A DNA stretch of 64,000 bases, from assembly GCF_009914755.1 (NCBI RefSeq), contig NC_060925.1; one strand, written 5' to 3'. Position numbers and translations under genes: made by a program. Below are positions 1 through 13,700 of this stretch, piece after piece. Below the pieces are notes generated by a model. The model made no database searches and was not told the origin of the DNA. It worked only from the letters and a program-made list of their open reading frames with translations. Positions within the stretch are counted from its first letter, which is position 1; every line of letters begins with the position of its first letter. The stretch comes from the human T2T-CHM13v2.0 reference genome, Homo sapiens.

Positions 1-73
1 CTCTGTGAGTTGAACACACACATCACAAAGGAGTTTCTGAGAATCATTCTGTCTAGTTTTTCTACGAAGATAT

Positions 74-90
74 TTCCTTTTCTACTATTG
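74..90 (-). promoter_or_regulatory. Degenerate pJalpha-type (A-box) site in the alternating A-type monomers (representative copy)
   Basis: ttccttttctactattg / ttcctattctaccattg lies at the position homologous to the CENP-B box in the other monomer. It resembles the pJalpha motif of A-type monomers but is not an exact match. Confidence 0.5.
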
Positions 91-242
91 ACCTCAAATC
101 GGCTGAAATCTCCACTTGCAAATTCCACAAAAAGAGTGTTTCAAGTCTGCTCTGTGTAAAGGATCGTTCAACTCTGTGAGTAGAATACACACAACACAAG
201 GAAGTTACTGAGAATTCTTCTGTCTAGCAGAATATGAAGAAA

Positions 243-259
243 TCCCGTTTCCAACGAAG
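243..259 (-). promoter_or_regulatory. CENP-B box (first of ~188 copies, one per ~340-bp dimer)
   Basis: + strand tcccgtttccaacgaag = CTTCGTTGGAAACGGGA on the minus strand, matching the nTTCGnnnnAnnCGGGn core. Repeats at 583, 923, 1263, etc. Confidence 0.97.
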
Positions 260-2289
260 GCCTCAAGGAGGTCTGAATATCCACTTGCAGACTTTTCAAA
301 CAGAGTGTTTCCTAACTGCTCTATGAAAAGAAAGGTTAAACTCTGTGAGTTGAACGCACACATCACAAAGGAGTTTATGAGAATCATTCTGTCTAGTTTC
401 TATAAGAAGATATTTCCTATTCTACCATTGACCTCAAAGCGGCTGAAATCTCCACTTGCAAATTCGACAAAAAGAGTGTTTCAAGCCTGCTCTCTGTAAA
501 GGATCCTTCAACTCTGTGAGTTGAATACACACAACACAAGGAAGTTACTGAGAATTATTCTGTCTAGCAAAATATGAAGAAATCCCGTTTCCAACGAAGG
601 CCTCAAAGAGGTCTGAATATCCACTTGCAGACTTTACAAACAGAGTGTTTCCTAACTGCTCTATGAGAAGAAAAGTTAAACTCTGTGAGTTGAACGCACA
701 CATCACAAAGGAGTTTCTGAGAATCGTTCTGTCTAGTTTCTATAGGAAGATATTTCCTATTCTACCATTGACCTCAAAGCGGCTGAAATCTCCAGTTGCA
801 AATTCCACAAAAAGAATGTTTCAAGTCTGCTCTGTGTAAAGGATCGTTCAACTCTGTGAGTTGAATACACACAACACAAGGAAGTTACTGAGAATTATTC
901 TGTCTAGCATAATATGAAGAAATCCCGTTTCCAACGAAGGCCTCAAAGAGGTCTGAATATCCACTTGCAGACTTTACAAACAGAGTGTTTCCTAACTGCT
1001 CTATGAAAAGAAAAGTTAAACTCTGTGAGTTGAACGCACACATCACAAAGGAGTTTATGAGAATCATTCTGTCTAGTCTTTATACGAAGATATTTCCTTA
1101 TCTACCATTGACCTCAAAGCGGCTGAAATCTCCACTTGCAAATTCCACAAAAAGAGTGTTTCAAGTCTGCTCTGTGTAAAGGATCGTTCAACTCTGTGAG
1201 TTGAATACACACAACACAAGGAAGTTACTGAGAATTCTTCTGTCTAGCAGAATATGAAGAAATCCCGTTTCCAACGAAGGCCTCAAGGAGGTCTGAATAT
1301 CCACTTGCAGACTTTACAAACAGAGTGTTTCCTAACTGCTCTATGAACAGAAAGGTTAAACTCTGTGAGTTGAACGCACACATCACAAAGGAGTTTCTGA
1401 GAATCATTCTGTCTAGTCTTTATACGAAGATATTTCCTATTCTACCATTGACCTCAAAGCGGCTGAAATCTCCACTTGCAAATTCCACAAAAAGAGTGTT
1501 TCAAGTCTGCTCTGTGTAAAGGATCATTCAACTCTGTGAGTTGAATAAACACAACACAAGGAAGTTACTGAGAATTCTTCTGTCTAGCAGAATATGAAGA
1601 AATCCCGTTTCCAACGAAGGCCTCAAGGAGGTCTGAATATCCACTTGCAGACTTTTCAAACAGAGTGTTTCCTAACTGCTCTATGAAAAGAAAGGTTAAA
1701 CTCTGTGAGTTGAACGCACACATCACAAAGGAGTTTATGAGAATCATTCTATCTAGTTTCTATAAGAAGATATTTCCTATTCTACCATTGACCTCAAAGC
1801 GGCTGAAATCTCCACTTGCAAATTCGACAAAAAGAGTGTTTCAAGCCAGCTCTCTGTAAAGGATCCTTCAACTCTGTGAGTTGAAAACACACAACACAAG
1901 GAAGTTACTGAGAATTATTCTCTCTAGCAAAATATGAAGAAATCCCGTTTCCAACGAAGGCCTCAAAGAGGTCTGAATATCCACTTGCAGACTTTACAAA
2001 CAGAGTGTTTCCTAATTGCTCTATGAGAAGAAAAGTTAAACTCTGTGAGTTGAACGCACACATCACAAAAGATTTTCTGAGAATCATTCTGTCTAGTCTT
2101 TATATGAAGATAGTTTCCTTTTCTACCATTGACCTCAAAGCGGCTGAAATCTCCACTTGCAAATTCCACAAAAAGAGTGTTTCAAGTCTGCTCTGTGTAA
2201 AGGATCGTTCAACTCTGTGAGTTGAATACACACAACACAAGGAAGTTACTGAGAATTCTTCTGTCTAGCAGAATATGAAGAAATCCCGT

Positions 2290-2920
2290 TTCCAACGAAG
2301 GCCACAAGATGTCAGAATATCCACTTACAGACTTTACAAACAGAGTGTTTCCTAACTGCTCTATGAACAGAAAGGTTAAACTCTGTGAGTTGAACGAACA
2401 CATCACAACGCAGTTTGTGGGAATGATTCTGTCTAGTTTTGAAACGAAGATATTTCCTTTTCTGCCGTTGACCTTAAAGCGCTTGAAATCTACACTTGCA
2501 AATTGCACAAATAGAGTGTTTCAAATCTGCTCTGTCTAAGGGAACGTTCAACTCTGTGAGTTGAATGCACACAACACAAGGAAGTTACTGGGAATTCTTC
2601 TGTCTAGCCTTACATGAAAAAAACCCGTTTCCAACGAAGGCCTCTAAGTGGTCAAAATTTCCACGTGCAGACTTTACAAACAGAGTGTTTCCAAACCGCT
2701 GAATGAAAAGAAAAGTTAAACTCTGAGAGTTGAACGCACACATCACGCAGCAGTTTCTGAGAATGATTCTGTCTAGTTTTTATACGAAGATATTTCCTTT
2801 TCTGCCTTTGGCCCCAAAGCGCTTGAAATCTCCACTTGCAAATTCCACAAAAACAGTGTTTCAAATCTGCTCTCTCTAAATGAAAGTTCAACTCTGTCAG
2901 TTGAATACACACAACACAAG
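2290..2920 (-). repeat. Diverged HOR-defining marker block (gccacaagatgtcag ... cacaacgcagtttgtgg ... tacatga(A7-8)ccc ... cctctaagtggtcaaaa ... ggccccaaagcgc); its second dimer has 29 copies in the window
   Basis: Tracked by the MCIQLTE pseudo-ORF ending at 2912, 5293, 7333, 9714, 12095, 14476, 16857, 19238, 21274, 23655, 25355, 27055, 28755, 31815, 33855, 35555, 37595, 39975, 42015, 44055, 46095, 48135, 49494, 51534, 53574, 55953, 59349, 60708 and 61728. Confidence 0.92.
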
Positions 2921-5900
2921 GAAGTTACTGAGAATTCTTCTGTCTAGCATAATATGAAGAAATCCCGTTTCCAACGAAGGCCTCAAAGGGGTCTGAATAT
3001 CCACTTGCAGACTTTATAAACAGAGTGTTTACTAACTGCTCTATGAAAAGAAAGGTTAAACTCTGTGAGTTGAACACACACATCACAAAGGAGTTTCTGA
3101 GAATCATTCTGTCTAGTTTTTCTACGAAGATATTTCCTTTTCTATTATTGACCTCAAAGCGGCTGAAATCTCCACTTGCAAATTCCACAAAAAGAGTGTT
3201 TCAAGTCTGCTCTGTGTAAAGGATCGTTCAACTCTGTGAGTTGAATACACACAAAACAAGGAAGTTACTGAGAATTCTTCTGTCTAGCAGAATATGAAGA
3301 AATCCCGTTTCCAACGAAGGCCTCAAAGAGGTCTGAATATCCACTTGCAGACTTTACAAACAGAGTGTTTCCTAACTGCTCTATGAAAAGAAAGTTTAAA
3401 CTCTGTGAGTTGAACGCACACATCACAAAGGAGTTTCTGAGAATCGTTCTGTCTAGTTTCTATAGGAAGATATTTCCTATTCTACCATTGACCTCAAAGC
3501 GGCTGAAATCTCCAGTTGCAAATTCCACGAAAAGAATGTTTCAAGTCTGCTCTGTGTAAAGGATCGTTCAACTCTGTGAGTTGAATACACACAACACAAG
3601 GAAGTTACTGAGAGTTCTTCTGTCTAGCAGAATATGAAGAAATCCCGTTTCCAACGAAGGCCTCAAGGAGGTCTGAATATCCACTTGCAGACTTTACAAA
3701 CAGAGTGTTTCCTAACTGCTCTATGAACAGAAAGGTTAAACTCTGTGAGTTGAACGCACACATCACAAAGGAGTTTCTGAGAATCATTCTGTCTAGTCTT
3801 TATACGAAGATATTTACTTTTCTACCATTGACCTCAAAGCGGCTGAAATCTCCACTTGCAAATTCCACAAAAAGAGTGTTTCAAGTCTGCTCTGTGTAAA
3901 GGATCATTCAACTCTGTGAGTTGAATAAACACAACACAAGGAAGTTACTGAGAATTCTTCTGTCTAGCAGAATATGAAGAAATCTCGTTTCCAACGAAGG
4001 CCTCAAGGAGGTCTGAATATCCACTTGCAGACTTTACAAACAGAGTGTTTCCTAACTGCTCTATGAAAAGAAAGGTTAAACTCTGTGAGTTGAACGCACA
4101 CATCACAAAGGAGTTTATGAGAATCATTCTGTCTAGTTTCTATAAGAAGATATTTCCTATTCTACCATTGACCTCAAAGCGGCTGAAATCTCCACTTGCA
4201 AATTCGACAAACAGAGTGTTTCAAGCCTGCTCTCTGTAAAGGATCCTTCAACTCTGTGAGTTGAATACAAACAACACAAGGAAGTTACTGAGAATTATTC
4301 TGTCTAGCAGAATATGAAGAAATCCCGTTTCCAACGAAGGCCTCAAAGAGGTCTGAATATCCACTTGCAGACTTTACAAACAGAGTGTTTCCTAACTGCT
4401 CTATGAGAAGAAAAGTTAAACTCTGTGAGTTGAACGCACACATCACAAAAGATTTTCTGAGAATCATTCTGTCTAGTCTTTATATGAAGATAGTTTCCTT
4501 TTCTACCATTGACCTCAAAGCGGCTGAAATCTCCACTTGCAAATTCCACAAAAAGAGTGTTTCAAGTCTGCTCTGTGTAAAGGATCGTTCAACTCTGTGA
4601 GTTGAATACACACAACACAAGGAAGTTACTGAGAATTCTTCTGTCTAGCAGAATAGGAAGAAATCCCGTTTCCAACGAAGGCCACAAGATGTCAGAATAT
4701 CCACTTACAGACTTTACAAACAGAGTGTTTCCTAACTGCTCTATGAACAGAAAGGTTAAACTCTGTGAGTTGAACGAACACATCACAACGCAGTTTGTGG
4801 GAATGATTCTGTCTAGTTTTGAAACGAAGATATTTCCTTTTCTGCCGTTGACCTTAAAGCGCTTGAAATCTACACTTGCAAATTGCACAAATAGAGTGTT
4901 TCAAATCTGCTCTGTCTAAGGGAACGTTCAACTCTGTGAGTTGAATGCACACAACACAAGGAAGTTACTGGGAATTCTTCTGTCTAGCCTTACATGAAAA
5001 AAAACCCGTTTCCAACGAAGGCCTCTAAGTGGTCAAAATATCCACGTGCAGACTTTACAAACAGAGTGTTTCCAAACCGCTGAATGAAAAGAAAAGTTAA
5101 ACTCTGAGAGTTGAACGCACACATCACGCAGCAGTTTCTGAGAATGATTCTGTCTAGTTTTTATACGAAGATATTTCCTTTTCTGCCCTTGGCCCCAAAG
5201 CGCTTGAAATCTCCACTTGCATATTCCACAAAAACAGTGTTTCAAATCTGCTCTCTCTAAATGAAATTTCAACTCTGTCAGTTGAATACACACAACACAA
5301 GGAAGTTACCGAGAATTCTTCTGTCTAGCAGAATATGAAGAAATCCCGTTTCCAACGAAGGCCTCAAAGGGGTCTGAATATCCACTTGCAGACTTTAAAA
5401 ACAGAGTGTTTACTAACTGTTCTATGAAAAGAAAGGTTAAACTCTATGAGTTGAACACACACATCACAAAGGAGTTTCTGAGAATCATTCTGCCTAGTTT
5501 TTCTACGAAGATATTTCCTTTTCTACTATTGACCTCAAAGCGGCTGAAATCTCCACTTGCAAATTCCACAAAAAGAGTGTTTCAAGTCTGCTCTGTGTAA
5601 AGGATCGTTCAACTCTGTGAGTTGAATACACACAACACAAGGAAGTTACTGAGAATTCTTCTGTCTAGCAGAATATGAAGAAATCCCGTTTCCAACGAAG
5701 GCCTCAAAGAGGTCTGAATATCCACTTGCAGACTTTACAAACAGAGTGTTTCCTAACTGCTCTATGAAAAGAAAGGTTAAACTCTGTGAGTTGAACGCAC
5801 ACATCACAAAGGAGTTTCTGAGAATCATTCTGTCTAGTTTCTATAGGAAGATATTTCCTATTCTACCATTGACCTCAAAGCGGCTGAAATCTCCACTTGC

Positions 5901-8900
5901 AAATTCCACAAAAAGAGTGTTTCAAGTCTGCTCTGTGTAAAGGATCGTTCAACTCTGTGAGTTGAATACATACAACACAAGGAAGTTACTGAGAATTCTT
6001 CTGTCTAGCAGAATATGAAGAAATCCGGTTTCCAACGAAGGCCTCAAGGAGGTCTGAATATCCACTTGCAGACTTTACAAACAGAGTGTTTCCTAACTGC
6101 TCTATGAACAGAAAGGTTAAACTCTGTGAGTTGAACGCACACACCACAAAAGAGTTTCTGAGAATCATTCTGTCTAGTCTTTATACGAAGATATTTACTT
6201 TTCTACCATTGACCTCAAAGCGGCTGAAATCTCCACTTGCAAATTCCACAAAAAGAGTGTTTCAAGTCTGCTCTCTGTAAAGGATCATTCAACTCTGTGA
6301 GTTGAATAAACACAACACAAGGAAGTTACTGAGAATTATTCTGTCTAGCATAATATGAAGAAATCCCGTTTCCAACGAAGGCCTCAAAGAGGTCTGAATA
6401 TCCACTTGCAGACTTTACAAACAGAGTGTTTCCTAACTGCTCTATGAGAAGAAAAGTTAAACTCTGTGAGTTGAACGCACACATCACAAAAGATTTTCTG
6501 AGAATCATTCTGTCTAGTCTTTATATGAAGATAGTTTCCTTTTCTACCATTGACCTCAAAGCGGCTGAAATCTCCACTTGCAAATTCCACAAAAAGAGTT
6601 TTTCAAGTCTGCTCTGTGTAAAGGATCGTTCAACTCTGTGAGTTGAATACACACAACACAAGGAAGTTACTGAGAATTCTTCTGTCTAGCAGAATAGGAA
6701 GAAATCCCGTTTCCAACGAAGGCCACAAGATGTCAGAATATCCACTTACAGACTTTACAAACAGAGTGTTTCCTAACTGCTCTATGAACAGAAAGGTTAA
6801 ACTCTGTGAGTTGAACGAACACATCACAACGCAGTTTGTGGGAATGATTCTGTCTAGTTTTGAAACGAAGATATTTCCTTTTCTGCCGTTGACCTTAAAG
6901 CGCTTGAAATCTACACTTGCAAATTGCACAAATAGAGTGTTTCAAATCTGCTCTGTCTAAGGGAACGTTCAACTCTGTGAGTTGAATGCACACAACACAA
7001 GGAAGTTACTGGGAATTCTTCTGTCTAGCCTTACATGAAAAAAACCCGTTTCCAACGAAGGCCTCTAAGTGGTCAAAATTTCCACGTGCAGACTTTACAA
7101 ACAGAGTGTTTCCAAACCGCTGAATGAAAAGAAAAGTTAAACTCTGAGAGTTGAACGCACACATCACGCAGCAGTTTCTGAGAATGATTCTGTCTAGTTT
7201 TTATACGAAGATATTTCCTTTTCTGCCTTTGGCCCCAAAGCGCTTGAAATCTCCACTTGCAAATTCCACAAAAACAGTGTTTCAAATCTGCTCTCTCTAA
7301 ATGAAAGTTCAACTCTGTCAGTTGAATACACACAACACAAGGAAGTTACTGAGAATTCTTCTGTCTAGCATAATATGAAGAAATCCCGTTTCCAACGAAG
7401 GCCTCAAAGGGGTCTGAATATCCACTTGCAGACTTTATAAACAGAGTGTTTACTAACTGCTCTATGAAAAGAAAGGTTAAACTCTGTGAGTTGAACACAC
7501 ACATCACAAAGGAGTTTCTGAGAATCATTCTGTCTAGTTTTTCTACGAAGATATTTCCTTTTCTACTATTGACCTCAAAGCGGCTGAAATCTCCACTTGC
7601 AAATTCCACAAAAAGAGTGTTTCAAGTCTGCTCTGTGTAAAGGATCGTTCAACTCTGTGAGTTGAATACACACAAAACAAGGAAGTTACTGAGAATTCTT
7701 CTGTCTAGCAGAATATGAAGAAATCCCGTTTCCAACGAAGGCCTCAAAGAGGTCTGAATATCCACTTGCAGACTTTACAAACAGAGTGTTTACTAACTGC
7801 TCTATGAAAAGAAAGTTTAAACTCTGTGAGTTGAACGCAGACATCACAAAGGAGTTTCTGAGAATCGTTCTGTCTAGTTTCTATAGGAAGATATTTCCTA
7901 TTCTACCATTGACCTCAAAGCGGCTGAAATCTCCAGTTGCAAATTCCACGAAAAGAATGTTTCAAGTCTGCTCTGTGTAAAGGATCGTTCAACTCTGTGA
8001 GTTGAATACACACAACACAAGGAAGTTACTGAGAGTTCTTCTGTCTAGCAGAATATGAAGAAATCCCGTTTCCAACGAAGGCCTCAAGGAGGTCTGAATA
8101 TCCACTTGCAGACTTTACAAACAGAGTGTTTCCTAACTGCTCTATGAACAGAAAGGTTAAACTCTGTGAGTTGAACGCACACATCACAAAGGAGTTTCTG
8201 AGAATCATTCTGTCTAGTCTTTATACGAAGATATTTACTTTTCTACCATTGACCTCAAAGCGGCTGAAATCTCCACTTGCAAATTCCACAAAAAGAGTGT
8301 TTCAAGTCTGCTCTGTGTAAAGGATCATTCAACTCTGTGAGTTGAATAAACACAACACAAGGAAGTTACTGAGAATTCTTCTGTCTAGCAGAATATGAAG
8401 AAATCCCGTTTCCAACGAAGGCCTCAAGGAGGTCTGAATATCCACTTGCAGACTTTACAAACAGAGTGTTTCCTAACTGCTCTATGAAAAGAAAGGTTAA
8501 ACTCTGTGAGTTGAACGCACACATCACAAAGGAGTTTATGAGAATCATTCTGTCTAGTTTCTATAAGAAGATATTTCCTATTCTACCATTGACCTCAAAG
8601 CGGCTGAAATCTCCACTTGCAAATTCGACAAACAGAGTGTTTCAAGCCTGCTCTCTGTAAAGGATCCTTCAACTCTGTGAGTTGAATACACACAACACAA
8701 GGAAGTTACTGAGAATTATTCTGTCTAGCAGAATATGAAGAAATCCCGTTTCCAACGAAGGCCTCAAAGAGGTCTGAATATCCACTTGCAGACTTTACAA
8801 ACAGAGTGTTTCCTAACTGCTCTATGAGAAGAAAAGTTAAACTCTGTGAGTTGAACGCACACATCACAAAAGATTTTCTGAGAATCATTCTGTCTAGTCT

Positions 8901-10740
8901 TTATATGAAGATAGTTTCCTTTTCTACCATTGACCTCAAAGCGGCTGAAATCTCCACTTGCAAATTCCACAAAAAGAGTGTTTCAAGTCTGCTCTGTGTA
9001 AAGGATCGTTCAACTCTGTGAGTTGAATACACACAACACAAGGAAGTTACTGAGAATTCTTCTGTCTAGCAGAATAGGAAGAAATCCCGTTTCCAACGAA
9101 GGCCACAAGATGTCAGAATATCCACTTACAGACTTTACAAACAGAGTGTTTCCTAACTGCTCTATGAACAGAAAGGTTAAACTCTGTGAGTTGAACGAAC
9201 ACATCACAACGCAGTTTGTGGGAATGATTCTGTCTAGTTTTGAAACGAAGATATTTCCTTTTCTGCCGTTGACCTTAAAGCGCTTGAAATCTACACTTGC
9301 AAATTGCACAAATAGAGTGTTTCAAATCTGCTCTGTCTAAGGGAACGTTCAACTCTGTGAGTTGAATGCACACAACACAAGGAAGTTACTGGGAATTCTT
9401 CTGTCTAGCCTTACATGAAAAAAAACCCGTTTCCAACGAAGGCCTCTAAGTGGTCAAAATATCCACGTGCAGACTTTACAAACAGAGTGTTTCCAAACCG
9501 CTGAATGAAAAGAAAAGTTAAACTCTGAGAGTTGAACGCACACATCACGCAGCAGTTTCTGAGAATGATTCTGTCTAGTTTTTATACGAAGATATTTCCT
9601 TTTCTGCCCTTGGCCCCAAAGCGCTTGAAATCTCCACTTGCATATTCCACAAAAACAGTGTTTCAAATCTGCTCTCTCTAAATGAAATTTCAACTCTGTC
9701 AGTTGAATACACACAACACAAGGAAGTTACCGAGAATTCTTCTGTCTAGCAGAATATGAAGAAATCCCGTTTCCAACGAAGGCCTCAAAGGGGTCTGAAT
9801 ATCCACTTGCAGACTTTAAAAACAGAGTGTTTACTAACTGTTCTATGAAAAGAAAGGTTAAACTCTGTGAGTTGAACACACACATCACAAAGGAGTTTCT
9901 GAGAATCATTCTGCCTAGTTTTTCTACGAAGATATTTCCTTTTCTACTATTGACCTCAAAGCGGCTGAAATCTCCACTTGCAAATTCCACAAAAAGAGTG
10001 TTTCAAGTCTGCTCTGTGTAAAGGATCGTTCAACTCTGTGAGTTGAATACACACAACACAAGGAAGTTACTGAGAATTCTTCTGTCTAGCAGAATATGAA
10101 GAAATCCCGTTTCCAACGAAGGCCTCAAAGAGGTCTGAATATCCACTTGCAGACTTTACAAACAGAGTGTTTCCTAACTGCTCTATGAAAAGAAAGGTTA
10201 AACTCTGTGAGTTGAACGCACACATCACAAAGGAGTTTCTGAGAATCATTCTGTCTAGTTTCTATAGGAAGATATTTCCTATTCTACCATTGACCTCAAA
10301 GCGGCTGAAATCTCCACTTGCAAATTCCACAAAAAGAGTGTTTCAAGTCTGCTCTGTGTAAAGGATCGTTCAACTCTGTGAGTTGAATACATACAACACA
10401 AGGAAGTTACTGAGAATTCTTCTGTCTAGCAGAATATGAAGAAATCCGGTTTCCAACGAAGGCCTCAAGGAGGTCTGAATATCCACTTGCAGACTTTACA
10501 AACAGAGTGTTTCCTAACTGCTCTATGAACAGAAAGGTTAAACTCTGTGAGTTGAACGCACACACCACAAAAGAGTTTCTGAGAATCATTCTGTCTAGTC
10601 TTTATACGAAGATATTTACTTTTCTACCATTGACCTCAAAGCGGCTGAAATCTCCACTTGCAAATTCCACAAAAAGAGTGTTTCAAGTCTGCTCTCTGTA
10701 AAGGATCATTCAACTCTGTGAGTTGAATAAACACAACACA
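2300..10740 (-). repeat. 4421-bp (26-monomer: 14+12) tandem super-repeat, ~1.9 copies
   Basis: Private variants recur at +4421: acaaaacaag (~3251/7672), aaagtttaaa (~3391/7812), ccacgaaaagaatg (~3525/7946), gagagttctt (~3610/8031), ttaccgag (~5306/9727). Confidence 0.85.
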
Positions 10741-13700
10741 AGGAAGTTACTGAGAATTCTTCTGTCTAGCAGAATATGCAGAAATCCCGTTTCCAACGAA
10801 GGCCTCAAGGAGGTCTGAATATCCACTTGCAGACTTTACAAACAGAGTGTTTCCTAACTGCTCTATGAAAAGAAAGGTTAAACTCTGTGAGTTGAACGCA
10901 CACATCACAAAGGAGTTTATGAGAATCATTCTGTCTAGTTTCTATAAGAAGATATTTCCTATTCTACCATTGACCTCAAAGCGGCTGAAATCTCCACTTG
11001 CAAATTCGACAAACAGAGTGTTTCAAGCCTGCTCTCTGTAAAGGATCCTTCAACTCTGTGAGTTGAATACACACAACACAAGGAAGTTACTGAGAATTAT
11101 TCTGTCTAGCAGAATATGAAGAAATCCCGTTTCCAACGAAGGCCTCAAAGAGGTCTGAATATCCACTTGCAGACTTTACAAACAGAGTGTTTCCTAACTG
11201 CTCTATGAGAAGAAAAGTTAAACTCTGTGAGTTGAACGCACACATCACAAAAGATTTTCTGAGAATCATTCTGTCTAGTCTTTATATGAAGATAGTTTCC
11301 TTTTCTACCATTGACCTCAAAGCGGCTGAAATCTCCACTTGCAAATTCCACAAAAAGAGTGTTTCAAGTCTGCTCTGTGTAAAGGATCGTTCAACTCTGT
11401 GAGTTGAATACACACAACACAAGGAAGTTACTGAGAATTCTTCTGTCTAGCAGAATAGGAAGAAATCCCGTTTCCAACGAAGGCCACAAGATGTCAGAAT
11501 ATCCACTTACAGACTTTACAAACAGAGTGTTTCCTAACTGCTCTATGAACAGAAAGGTTAAACTCTGTGAGTTGAACGAACACATCACAACGCAGTTTGT
11601 GGGAATGATTCTGTCTAGTTTTGAAACGAAGATATTTCCTTTTCTGCCGTTGACCTTAAAGCGCTTGAAATCTACACTTGCAAATTGCACAAATAGAGTG
11701 TTTCAAATCTGCTCTGTCTAAGGGAACGTTCAACTCTGTGAGTTGAATGCACACAACACAAGGAAGTTACTGGGAATTCTTCTGTCTAGCCTTACATGAA
11801 AAAAAACCCGTTTCCAACGAAGGCCTCTAAGTGGTCAAAATATCCACGTGCAGACTTTACAAACAGAGTGTTTCCAAACCGCTGAATGAAAAGAAAAGTT
11901 AAACTCTGAGAGTTGAACGCACACATCACGCAGCAGTTTCTGAGAATGATTCTGTCTAGTTTTTATACGAAGATATTTCCTTTTCTGCCCTTGGCCCCAA
12001 AGCGCTTGAAATCTCCACTTGCATATTCCACAAAAACAGTGTTTCAAATCTGCTCTCTCTAAATGAAATTTCAACTCTGTCAGTTGAATACACACAACAC
12101 AAGGAAGTTACCGAGAATTCTTCTGTCTAGCAGAATATGAAGAAATCCCGTTTCCAACGAAGGCCTCAAAGGGGTCTGAATATCCACTTGCAGACTTTAA
12201 AAACAGAGTGTTTACTAACTGTTCTATGAAAAGAAAGGTTAAACTCTGTGAGTTGAACACACACATCACAAAGGAGTTTCTGAGAATCATTCTGCCTAGT
12301 TTTTCTACGAAGATATTTCCTTTTCTACTATTGACCTCAAAGCGGCTGAAATCTCCACTTGCAAATTCCACAAAAAGAGTGTTTCAAGTCTGCTCTGTGT
12401 AAAGGATCGTTCAACTCTGTGAGTTGAATACACACAACACAAGGAAGTTACTGAGAATTCTTCTGTCTAGCAGAATATGAAGAAATCCCGTTTCCAACGA
12501 AGGCCTCAAAGAGGTCTGAATATCCACTTGCAGACTTTACAAACAGAGTGTTTCCTAACTGCTCTATGAAAAGAAAGGTTAAACTCTGTGAGTTGAACGC
12601 ACACATCACAAAGGAGTTTCTGAGAATCATTCTGTCTAGTTTCTATAGGAAGATATTTCCTATTCTACCATTGACCTCAAAGCGGCTGAAATCTCCACTT
12701 GCAAATTCCACAAAAAGAGTGTTTCAAGTCTGCTCTGTGTAAAGGATCGTTCAACTCTGTGAGTTGAATACATACAACACAAGGAAGTTACTGAGAATTC
12801 TTCTGTCTAGCAGAATATGAAGAAATCCGGTTTCCAACGAAGGCCTCAAGGAGGTCTGAATATCCACTTGCAGACTTTACAAACAGAGTGTTTCCTAACT
12901 GCTCTATGAACAGAAAGGTTAAACTCTGTGAGTTGAACGCACACACCACAAAAGAGTTTCTGAGAATCATTCTGTCTAGTCTTTATACGAAGATATTTAC
13001 TTTTCTACCATTGACCTCAAAGCGGCTGAAATCTCCACTTGCAAATTCCACAAAAAGAGTGTTTCAAGTCTGCTCTCTGTAAAGGATCATTCAACTCTGT
13101 GAGTTGAATAAACACAACACAAGGAAGTTACTGAGAATTCTTCTGTCTAGCAGAATATGCAGAAATCCCGTTTCCAACGAAGGCCTCAAGGAGGTCTGAA
13201 TATCCACTTGCAGACTTTACAAACAGAGTGTTTCCTAACTGCTCTATGAAAAGAAAGGTTAAACTCTGTGAGTTGAACGCACACATCACAAAGGAGTTTA
13301 TGAGAATCATTCTGTCTAGTTTCTATAAGAAGATATTTCCTATTCTACCATTGACCTCAAAGCGGCTGAAATCTCCACTTGCAAATTCGACAAACAGAGT
13401 GTTTCAAGCCTGCTCTCTGTAAAGGATCCTTCAACTCTGTGAGTTGAATACACACAACACAAGGAAGTTACTGAGAATTATTCTGTCTAGCAGAATATGA
13501 AGAAATCCCGTTTCCAACGAAGGCCTCAAAGAGGTCTGAATATCCACTTGCAGACTTTACAAACAGAGTGTTTCCTAACTGCTCTATGAGAAGAAAAGTT
13601 AAACTCTGTGAGTTGAACGCACACATCACAAAAGATTTTCTGAGAATCATTCTGTCTAGTCTTTATATGAAGATAGTTTCCTTTTCTACCATTGACCTCA

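Noticed and set aside
2662-2667. E-box palindrome CACGTG once per HOR marker block
   Set aside because: A 6-bp motif arising from one substitution in ccacttgc; the sequence gives no evidence of function.
2652-2912. CxxC-like motifs (CFCGIC, CKVC) in the pseudo-ORF suggesting a zinc finger
   Set aside because: A by-product of TGT-rich satellite sequence; there is no coding context.
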